Assembly (NCBI GenBank): GCA_937954085.1
Contig: CALGAK010000124.1
Span: 1,278-65,277 of the forward strand
Reading direction: 5' to 3'
From: an uncultured Bacteroidota bacterium
GTDB lineage: Bacteria; Bacteroidota; Bacteroidia; Bacteroidales; M50B96
DNA: 64,000 bases
The notes below the pieces were generated by a model, which was not told the origin of the DNA, searched no databases, and saw nothing but the letters and a program-made list of their open reading frames with translations. A program made the position numbers and the translations under genes. Positions within the stretch are counted from its first letter, which is position 1; every line of letters begins with the position of its first letter. This document shows positions 56,865 through 64,000 of the stretch, piece by piece.

Positions 56865-57518
56865 TTACCATTCGGCGAGAATCGTTTCTTTGCCGCTAAC
56901 TCGCTGATTCAGTTCAACTAAGACCTTGCTTCCGAGGGGGAGAAAGACATCGACCCGCGACCCAAATTTGATAAATCCAAACTCTTCGCCTCGAGTTACC
57001 AGCTCGCCCTTTTTCTTGTAGTGCACAATGCGTCGGGCCAGTAAACCTGCAATTTGACGTACCATGTAGTCTCGGCCATTATCGGCCTCTACAACTAGAG
57101 TAGTGCGTTCGTTGTCGGTGGAAGCTTTGGGTAAACGAGCGTAAAGGTATTTTCCGGGATGATATTTAAAATACTTTACCAGGCCGCTGAATGGAATCCA
57201 GTTCACATGCACATTGAGCGGACTCATGAAGATGGAGATTTGCAGGCGTTTATCGTTAAAATACTCTGGTTCTTCCACTTCGCCGATAATCACAACGGTT
57301 CCATCGGCAGGAGCGATGAGTTGGTTCGCAGCTGCTTCGACTACTCGCTTAGGAGAGCGAAAAAAGGACACGATAAAAAGGAAAAAAGCCAGACTAAGGC
57401 CCCAGAATGCATACCACAACCATTCGGGCACTCCGGCAAATTTTAGCCCCGACAGAAGGAGTAATAAAAACATGAATACAATGAAGATGGTAGGATACCC
57501 TTCCTTATGAATTTTCAT
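56865..57518 (-). CDS. psd: Phosphatidylserine decarboxylase proenzyme (short type)
   Basis: N-terminal TM helices and a FGSRV self-cleavage-type motif near the C-terminus. 217 aa. Confidence 0.8.
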   Translation of the reverse strand: MKIHKEGYPTIFIVFMFLLLLLSGLKFAGVPEWLWYAFWGLSLAFFLFIVSFFRSPKRVVEAAANQLIAPADGTVVIIGEVEEPEYFNDKRLQISIFMSPLNVHVNWIPFSGLVKYFKYHPGKYLYARLPKASTDNERTTLVVEADNGRDYMVRQIAGLLARRIVHYKKKGELVTRGEEFGFIKFGSRVDVFLPLGSKVLVELNQRVSGKETILAEW

Positions 57519-57530
57519 CTTGATGCTGAT

Positions 57531-58367
57531 TTAGGCAAACTGCAAATATATCCATACCGCTGGAATGGAGAGCAATAATGCATCAAAACGATCGAGAATT
57601 CCTCCATGACCGGGGAGCAAATTGCCAGAATCCTTGATATTGAGGCTGCGTTTGAGCATCGATTCGAACAAATCGCCCAGTGTACCAAATACAATCATAA
57701 TGGCAGCAATAACGAGGAACTGGTTCAAAGTAAACTGATTGGAAAAAGTGGAAAGTCCCCACGCAAAGACTAAGGTCGTTAACCCTCCGCCGATAGCACC
57801 TTCCCAGGATTTTTTGGGAGAGATGCGTTCCAACAAGCGATGTTTGCCAAAGCTTATCCCGAAAATATAAGCTGCGCTATCGTACACCCAAATAAATGCG
57901 AATAATAAAAGAACCGGTTTAGCATCGAAGCTTTCTATACCATCACCGGCCACGGCCAAGGAACTGAGCAAGGCGAAAGGGATTACCAAATAAACCAAGC
58001 CGAAGAAGAAACAAGCGATGTTGTTCAGGGGAAATTCTTTTTTTCGATACAGCTCAATAATGAGAGGGAAAATGGTTGGAAGGAAAAAGAGTGGGAGAAA
58101 GTGAAGCGGCATTAATTGAATCGATACCAGAACAATTCCAACGTAAAGGCTTAGGCCTGCCAAGTAGGAACTAATCGGTTCCGGATTAGCACTTCCTTTT
58201 TTAACGAGAGCAAAATATTCCCTCAGCCCAAGCATAACGAGGAGGAGGTATAAAACATGAAAGGAATAAACATTCCAAAGCGTAGCTCCTACTACTACTA
58301 CCAGAAAAATTAAACCGGTGATGCTTCGTACCAGGAGATCGTTGAACTTAGTTTGCTTCGAACTCAT
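57531..58367 (-). CDS. cdsA: Phosphatidate cytidylyltransferase
   Basis: Signature SMLKRSLNIKDSGNLLPGHGGILDRFDA. Start trimmed to the ATG at 58367 (MSSKQTKF). Confidence 0.8.
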   Translation of the reverse strand: MSSKQTKFNDLLVRSITGLIFLVVVVGATLWNVYSFHVLYLLLVMLGLREYFALVKKGSANPEPISSYLAGLSLYVGIVLVSIQLMPLHFLPLFFLPTIFPLIIELYRKKEFPLNNIACFFFGLVYLVIPFALLSSLAVAGDGIESFDAKPVLLLFAFIWVYDSAAYIFGISFGKHRLLERISPKKSWEGAIGGGLTTLVFAWGLSTFSNQFTLNQFLVIAAIMIVFGTLGDLFESMLKRSLNIKDSGNLLPGHGGILDRFDALLLSIPAVWIYLQFA

Positions 58368-58566
58368 GAATAATCGCTCTGGCTTTTTCTTCGTCGGTTG
58401 AATAAACGTACACTTCAACATCGCCAAAAGCAAAGGAAGAATCCTTTTTATTAATGATGTCGCAAACGATTCCTTCGTCGCTTAGCCTAGCTTTGAGCAA
58501 TTCGGCATGAAAAATATCACCTGCCGAATAAACGAGAACCCAATTTTTTTCCATAACAGTGAACAT
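58348..58566 (-). CDS. DUF2007-type small protein
   Basis: 72 aa. WVLVYSAGDIFHAELLKARLSDEGI fits the pattern of a DUF2007 (putative signal-transducing) domain. Its 3' end overlaps the cdsA start by 20 nt. Confidence 0.5.
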   Translation of the reverse strand: MFTVMEKNWVLVYSAGDIFHAELLKARLSDEGIVCDIINKKDSSFAFGDVEVYVYSTDEEKARAIIHEFEAN

Positions 58567-58606
58567 TTAAAATGGAGTAAGAAGATACGAACATTTAGCC
58601 GTTCAA

Positions 58607-60763
58607 TCAAGCAATATCGGTCTGATTTTCTTCGGTTTTCGATGATTTTTTCCCGCTTTCAGCCTGATTTATTTCTTCCTCTGGTTTGATATCTGTCATG
58701 GAGCCTTCCTCACCGACTATGGGTAAGTCGGATTCCGAGCCGTCGCTACGGTCCGCCTCAACATGATTGAGTTCCTCAATCTCTTCCCAACGGGTTTTTC
58801 CAAAATCGCGCTTACCAAAAATCTTTTCCAAATCCTCGGTAAAAATCACTTCCCGCTTGAGCAGTAATTCGGACAGTTCGGTGAGCTTATCTTTGTTCTC
58901 GGTTAAAATATTAATGGCCCGAAGGTACTGTTCCTCAATAATGGATTTCGCTTCTTTATCGATTAATTCGGCGGTCTCTTCGCTGTAGGGTTTATTAAAT
59001 GCATATTCGCTTTGCCCCATGGAATCGAAGAAGGAAACATTTCCAATTTTCTCGCTCATACCAAAATAACTCACCATCGCATAGGCTTGTTTAGTAACTC
59101 GTTCTAAATCGTTCAACGCGCCGGTGGAGATTTTTCCAAAATTAACTTCTTCCGATGCACGGCCTCCGAGAGTAGCACAAATCTGATCGAGGATCTGTTC
59201 GCGGGTAGTAATTTGCCGCTCCTCGGGCAAATACCAGGCGGCTCCTAAAGCTTTTCCGCGTGGCACGATGGTTACCTTAACCAGCGGGTTGGCATGTTCA
59301 ATTAACCAACTAACGGTAGCATGACCGGCCTCGTGATAGGCGATGGTTTTCTTTTCTTGTGCGGTGATAATTTTATTTTTCTTCTCCAAACCGCCAATAA
59401 CCCGATCGATGGCATCGAGGAAATCTTGCTTTTCAACTAATTTCTTTCCTCGCCTAGCTGCAATAAGTGCCGACTCGTTACACACATTGGCGATATCGGC
59501 TCCACTAAAACCGGGTGTTTGTTTTGCAAAGAAGCTAATATCAATGTTCTCTTTATCGTATTTAATCGGTTTAAGATGCACCTTGAATATCTCCTGACGC
59601 TCTTTTAAATCGGGTAGCTCAACACTGATTTGTCGGTCGAATCGTCCGGCGCGCAACAGAGCACGGTCGAGGATATCGGCACGGTTAGTCGCCGCTAGGA
59701 TGATTACACCGAGATTGGTTCCAAAACCGTCCATCTCGGTAAGCAACTGATTCAGTGTATTTTCACGCTCGTCATTGGCTCCCATATTGGGGTTTTTACC
59801 ACGAGCCCGGCCAATGGCATCAATCTCATCGATAAAGATAATGCAAGGGGCCTTCTCTTTAGCTTGCTTGAAGAGATCGCGCACACGCGATGCACCAACA
59901 CCCACAAACATTTCGACAAAATCGGAACCCGAAAGACTAAAAAATGGCACATGCGCTTCGCCGGCAACTGCTTTAGCTAAAAGCGTTTTACCCGTTCCGG
60001 GAGGACCTACGAGCAAAGCACCTTTCGGGATTTTTCCTCCCAAGTCGGTGTATTTTTTCGGATTTTTCAGGAAATCGACAATCTCTTTTACTTCGGTTTT
60101 GGCTTCTTCTAAACCGGCAACGTTTTTAAAGTTGATTTTAATTTCGGATTCCTTATCGAAAAGTTGGGCTTTCGATTTACCAACATTGAAAATAGCTCCG
60201 GGACCAGCTGAGCCTCCTCCCATTCGGCGGAGAATAAAAATCCAAACAGCCACCAGAACCACAATGGGTAAGAGCCAACCGAACATATCCATGAAATTTT
60301 TCCGTTCTTCGGCTCCGGCATAAATGCGATCGGCCTCGGGCAAGTCGGCTTGCGCTTCTTCCATGCGTTTCTCAAACGAATCGGCCGATACAATGCTTAT
60401 GAAATACTGCGGTCCGTATGCTCCTCCCACTCCTGAGCTCGACTTGGCATCGTCGTATTTGCTACCCGATAAGCGATCGGATTTAATGTAAATTTCGGCA
60501 GTTTTGCCATTGACGATCACGACACGCTCTACGTCGCCCGGACGTAACATTTCGTCGCGAAACTTGCGCCACGAAACCTCGGTAGCCGACGGACCAGTGG
60601 AGTAGAATTGCAGCAATAAAATGGCGAGTATAATAGCACCATAGACCCAATACACATTGAATTTGGGTTTTCCATTGGGTGCGCCATCGGGATTGGGTCG
60701 ATTGAATCCGAATTTACCCTGATTATTGTTTTCTTGTTTTTTATTTTCCGACATAATATTCAA
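58607..60763 (-). CDS. ftsH: ATP-dependent zinc metalloprotease FtsH
   Basis: Two TM helices, AAA+ Walker A GPPGTGKT, Walker [12 protein letters not shown] region and HEAGHA zinc site. Confidence 0.9.
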   Translation of the reverse strand: MNIMSENKKQENNNQGKFGFNRPNPDGAPNGKPKFNVYWVYGAIILAILLLQFYSTGPSATEVSWRKFRDEMLRPGDVERVVIVNGKTAEIYIKSDRLSGSKYDDAKSSSGVGGAYGPQYFISIVSADSFEKRMEEAQADLPEADRIYAGAEERKNFMDMFGWLLPIVVLVAVWIFILRRMGGGSAGPGAIFNVGKSKAQLFDKESEIKINFKNVAGLEEAKTEVKEIVDFLKNPKKYTDLGGKIPKGALLVGPPGTGKTLLAKAVAGEAHVPFFSLSGSDFVEMFVGVGASRVRDLFKQAKEKAPCIIFIDEIDAIGRARGKNPNMGANDERENTLNQLLTEMDGFGTNLGVIILAATNRADILDRALLRAGRFDRQISVELPDLKERQEIFKVHLKPIKYDKENIDISFFAKQTPGFSGADIANVCNESALIAARRGKKLVEKQDFLDAIDRVIGGLEKKNKIITAQEKKTIAYHEAGHATVSWLIEHANPLVKVTIVPRGKALGAAWYLPEERQITTREQILDQICATLGGRASEEVNFGKISTGALNDLERVTKQAYAMVSYFGMSEKIGNVSFFDSMGQSEYAFNKPYSEETAELIDKEAKSIIEEQYLRAINILTENKDKLTELSELLLKREVIFTEDLEKIFGKRDFGKTRWEEIEELNHVEADRSDGSESDLPIVGEEGSMTDIKPEEEINQAESGKKSSKTEENQTDIA

Positions 60764-60816
60764 GTTCTTTAAGCCTGGATGGGTTTAGGCTATAAACTGC
60801 TTTTATTTTGAAAAGT

Positions 60817-61188
60817 TTAATCGTAGTGATGTTCTAAAGCAGCATCGGCCCACAACGATTCTAAATCATAGAATTTCCGACTGTCTTCTAAAAACAGATG
60901 GATTACAATGTCTAAATAATCCAGAATAATCCATTCTGCATTTTCCATTCCTTCGACAAAAGCAGGCCTCATGCCCAGCTTTTCCTTCATTTGATCTTGA
61001 ATATGATGCGCCATCGCATGTACCTGAGTAGTACTAGTAGCATGGGCTATTACAAAATAATCGCAAAGGGAAAGGTTTAAGCTTTTAAAATCGATGCTCA
61101 CTAGGTCTTGAGCTTTCTTCTCTTTCAGGGATTCTAAAATCACCGAAAGCATCTGGTTTATTTCTTGATTATCTGTGGGTTTAGTCAT
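60817..61188 (-). CDS. rsfS: Ribosome silencing factor RsfS
   Basis: 123 aa. DYFVIAHATSTTQVHAM and WIILDYLDIVIHLF are typical of RsfS/iojap. Confidence 0.85.
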   Translation of the reverse strand: MTKPTDNQEINQMLSVILESLKEKKAQDLVSIDFKSLNLSLCDYFVIAHATSTTQVHAMAHHIQDQMKEKLGMRPAFVEGMENAEWIILDYLDIVIHLFLEDSRKFYDLESLWADAALEHHYD

Positions 61189-61656
61189 GTTTTACAATTT
61201 CCGCAAATTTAATCGATTTTTAGGAGCATCAGCCTAAATCGTCTCGCTTTATGGCTATTAAATTTTCCTAATTTTTCTTTGTACTACTGTGCTAACTTTT
61301 CGAGAATGTGTTGGCTGAGAAATGAATTAGTAATCCGGACCGAAAGAACAACTTATCGTGTTAGTGGAACGCTGATTCACGAATACGAAAAAATAGGATT
61401 GGAAGGCTTCAGCGCTAAAGCGACTCAATGGATTAAAAAAGACTTTGATCGATCTAGGTTTCAGAAAATCGGGAAACAAGTCTAAAGGTAAAAGCAGTAA
61501 GCAAGTTGCCAGCGACCAACCAATCGGTAGCATTATCAGACTAAAAAAAAATGCTACGGACCGAGTAAAAAAAAGAAACGCCAGCTATGAAATATTCCGT
61601 CGGAGATGCGCATTCAATCCCTAAAGCGAGTAGCTTTACTAAAAAAACCGCGACTC

Positions 61657-62391
61657 ATGATTGGAAAAGAAATACGCTATGCAGAAAGTCTCGATTCGAC
61701 CAATTTGTCCTTATCGAAATTATTGCGAACAGAATCGGTTGAAGAAGGCTTGGTTTTGCGCACCGATTTTCAAATAAAAGGAAGAGGCTATTCTAAAAAT
61801 CATTGGGAGAGTGCCGCTGGGGAGAATCTCCTCTTCAGTTTTATCCTGAAGCCCCATTTTTTAAATGCATCGGAGCAATTTGAAATTGCAAAAATGGTCT
61901 CTCTTGCTATTCACGAGTATTTGCATTCTTTTGCTGAGGGGTTTAAAATTAAATGGCCCAATGATTTATTCTTTGGAGATAAAAAAATTGCCGGAATGCT
62001 CATCGAGCATAGTGTTCATGGCGACCAACTTTCGCATTCGATTGTAGGAATTGGATTAAACCTGAATCAGGAGCATTTTTCAGAGCAAGCCGGCCGACCC
62101 GTTTCGTTGCGCACCATCACTCAGGCTAGTTATCATCCGCAAACAGAAATGAACAAATTAATCGACCGGCTCAATGCAGGCTATGCCAGACTTCGTTCCG
62201 GGGACCGCCGCCTCATGCACGAGGAATACTTGCAACACCTATATCGGTTTGATGAGTGGAGCACCTACCAATCGGGCGATCTCATTTTCGAAGGACGCAT
62301 TCGCGGAGTGAACGAATTTGGGCAACTCTTACTGGAGCGCAAGAATGGTTCTTACTGGATTGTCAGTTTTAAAGAGGTCGAGTTTTTATAA
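61657..62391 (+). CDS. birA: Biotin--[acetyl-CoA-carboxylase] ligase (group I, no HTH)
   Basis: SLDSTN, QIKGRGYSKNHWES (GRGRxG-type loop) and KWPNDL motifs. The start is uncertain: the ATG at 61606 or at 61657. The latter gives the usual length of about 244 aa. Confidence 0.75.
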   Translation: MIGKEIRYAESLDSTNLSLSKLLRTESVEEGLVLRTDFQIKGRGYSKNHWESAAGENLLFSFILKPHFLNASEQFEIAKMVSLAIHEYLHSFAEGFKIKWPNDLFFGDKKIAGMLIEHSVHGDQLSHSIVGIGLNLNQEHFSEQAGRPVSLRTITQASYHPQTEMNKLIDRLNAGYARLRSGDRRLMHEEYLQHLYRFDEWSTYQSGDLIFEGRIRGVNEFGQLLLERKNGSYWIVSFKEVEFL

Positions 62392-63024
62392 GGACAGACC
62401 CCATTGATCGGGAGCTACTCGCCAGGCCCGAAGCGATTCGAGGTCGGAAGTAGCGAAGCGACCTTCGTCTAAGGCCAAATCGATGAGGGCATGGTAGTTA
62501 CTAAGTGTATAAACCGGACAGTTAGCTTCCTGAAAGCGATTCTGGGAAACATCAAAGCTGTAGTTAAAAATGGCCAACATACCCAACACTTCCATGCCGG
62601 CTGTCCGTAGTGCTTCCACTGCCTGCAAACTGCTTCCTCCGGTAGAAATTAAGTCTTCGATCACGACTACTTTTTTACCCGGTTCTATTTTCCCTTCAAT
62701 GAGGTTCGTGAGTCCATGAGCTTTAGGCGCTGAACGCACGTACACAAATGGCAAGTTCAGTTCCTGTGCGACCAGTACACCGTGTGCGATGGCACCCGTT
62801 GCAACCCCGGCAAGGTATTCGGCCTCGGGGAAACGTTCTTTCACCATGGAGGCAAAGGCTTTGGTAACGATGCTGCGCTCACGAGGGAAGGATAGGATTT
62901 TCCGGTTATCGCAATAAATGGGCGACCTCCACCCCGACGCCCAGGTAAAGGGTTTCTGAAGTTCAATTTTAACGGCTTCAATCTGAAGTAGAATACTGGC
63001 TATGCTGCGTGAGAAATCCTCCAT
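62386..63024 (-). CDS. pyrE: Orotate phosphoribosyltransferase
   Basis: PRPP-binding motif VVVIEDLISTGGS. Start trimmed to the ATG at 63024, because the track start is a TTG. The 3' end overlaps birA by 6 nt (convergent genes). Confidence 0.85.
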   Translation of the reverse strand: MEDFSRSIASILLQIEAVKIELQKPFTWASGWRSPIYCDNRKILSFPRERSIVTKAFASMVKERFPEAEYLAGVATGAIAHGVLVAQELNLPFVYVRSAPKAHGLTNLIEGKIEPGKKVVVIEDLISTGGSSLQAVEALRTAGMEVLGMLAIFNYSFDVSQNRFQEANCPVYTLSNYHALIDLALDEGRFATSDLESLRAWRVAPDQWGLSL

Positions 63025-63092
63025 GCTGTATGAATCATTTAACAAATTTTCACGCAAATATACGCTAAATTCGCCCCCCTTAGCAAGCCGAA

Positions 63093-63725
63093 ATGATTGG
63101 AAAAAGCAGCGATTCGATGATAAAAATCCACTTCGAACGGGGAGTAGTTTACCTCAGTAAGGAAATTCCGGAAACAGCAGAAAAATCGGCTCTCGTGCTT
63201 GAAGACCGAAGCATGGAGGAGATTGTGGATTTACTGCTTCAGTATCAGGAAAATCGACTCGACTTAACTGCTTACTTAATTCATCCACATCCGGAAGAAC
63301 TATTCAGCTTTACACACAACAAGATTGAATTCATTCGAGCTTCGGGCGGGGTGATTGAAAATGAAAATGGCGAATTACTCTTCATTTTTCGCCGCAGCAA
63401 ATGGGATTTACCGAAAGGTAAGATTGAGCCGGGAGAAGAGACCGAAGCTGCTTGCCTTCGAGAGTTAGAGGAAGAATGTGGTCTGCGCCAACTGCAAATA
63501 CTCCACCTCCTTACTCGAACTTACCACACTTATCGTTTGAAAAACAAATTAGTCTTAAAGGAAACAACCTGGTTCAAAGTAAAGCATACCGGCCAGGAGC
63601 AAGCGGTTCCTCAAACCGAAGAAGATATTAGTGAGGTGGCCTGGTTTAAACCTACCGAGCTGGAACATGTTTATCGAAATACATTCCCATCGATCCAAGA
63701 AGTATTGAACCTATTTAACAACTAA
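63093..63725 (+). CDS. NUDIX hydrolase
   Basis: Nudix box GKIEPGEETEAACLRELEEECGL. Confidence 0.7.
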   Translation: MIGKSSDSMIKIHFERGVVYLSKEIPETAEKSALVLEDRSMEEIVDLLLQYQENRLDLTAYLIHPHPEELFSFTHNKIEFIRASGGVIENENGELLFIFRRSKWDLPKGKIEPGEETEAACLRELEEECGLRQLQILHLLTRTYHTYRLKNKLVLKETTWFKVKHTGQEQAVPQTEEDISEVAWFKPTELEHVYRNTFPSIQEVLNLFNN

Positions 63726-63728
63726 CCC

Positions 63729-64000
63729 GTGTCAGGAAGCGAACGATTGATTCGAATTTGGGAGCGACTTAAGGTTTATCATGTGTATTACCGCAGGAGC
63801 GGTTTGTACCGATTCATGCTGGTAAATGGGCTGAAGGTATCAGCCTTTCTCGGTTTATTCATCCTCGCTTTTTACCTTATTGAAACCTACATCATTGAGT
63901 TCGAAACCCTCTTCGAGGAAATGCTCGAACACCTCAGTGAGTGGCAGGTTCTCATCATTTTCTTCTTCTCGGAATCGGTTATTGGTTTATTACCCCCCGA
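63729..64000 (+). CDS. Membrane protein, possibly DedA/YqaA (VTT-domain) family; 3' end runs off the window
   Basis: Hand translation from the GTG at 63729 (or the ATG at 63816): ...MLVNGLKVSAFLGLFILAFYLIETYIIEF...LIIFFFSESVIGLLPP. The final SES..LLPP resembles the ESSFFPxPPD motif of YqaA/DedA proteins. Absent from the ORF track because it is open-ended. Confidence 0.35.
   Translation, partial: MSGSERLIRIWERLKVYHVYYRRSGLYRFMLVNGLKVSAFLGLFILAFYLIETYIIEFETLFEEMLEHLSEWQVLIIFFFSESVIGLLPP

Noticed and set aside
1-64000. Search for CRISPR arrays, tRNA/rRNA genes, IS elements, integrases, toxin-antitoxin pairs and known multi-gene defence systems
   Set aside because: I found no regularly spaced direct repeats, no cloverleaf-capable conserved tRNA segments in the intergenic gaps, no transposase or integrase-like ORFs, and no ATPase-nuclease or methylase-nuclease gene pairs. 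By-eye scanning cannot exclude small or degenerate elements.

Overview
This is a densely packed, mostly housekeeping chromosomal segment that looks like a Bacteroidota genome. The evidence for that placement is four secreted proteins with YPNP-type T9SS C-terminal sorting domains, PorZ-, plug- and PorT-like genes, a long-type IspG, TAnnTTTG promoter elements and an rsfS-ftsH-cdsA-psd block. I support about 58 protein genes on both strands.

Main content:
- A complete Na+-translocating NADH:quinone reductase operon, nqrABCDEF (35213-41225).
- LPS and envelope genes: lptB, tatC, kdsD, lpxH, cdsA, psd.
- Methyl-cycle genes: ahcY, metK.
- Other housekeeping genes: recQ, panC, gpsA, lysS, ispG, tsaE, ftsH, rsfS, birA, pyrE.
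- Several secreted peptidases and hydrolases.

I saw no rRNA, tRNA, CRISPR array, transposase, integrase or prophage genes, and no convincing multi-gene defence system.

The only clearly accessory piece is an AT-rich single-gene islet (about 23.04-24.44 kb). It encodes a DUF1016/YhcG-type PD-(D/E)xK nuclease preceded by two copies of a strong palindrome.

Other items worth follow-up:
- A four-gene lipoprotein cluster (GH20 hexosaminidase, a PNGase-core-like transglutaminase-fold protein, a lipocalin-like protein and an EEP hydrolase) at 41.3-47.9 kb.
- An M1 peptidase with a beta-barrel-like C-terminal half.
- An unlisted 59-aa Cys-rich membrane ORF (NqrM-like?) at 1969-2148.
- A Rex-box-like palindrome upstream of nqrA.
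- An unusual SGGT flavinylation motif in NqrC.
- An unexplained gap of about 470 nt between rsfS and birA.

Several ORF-track starts use alternative start codons and appear over-extended, so I trimmed them to internal ATGs. One real gene at the left window edge is absent from the track.
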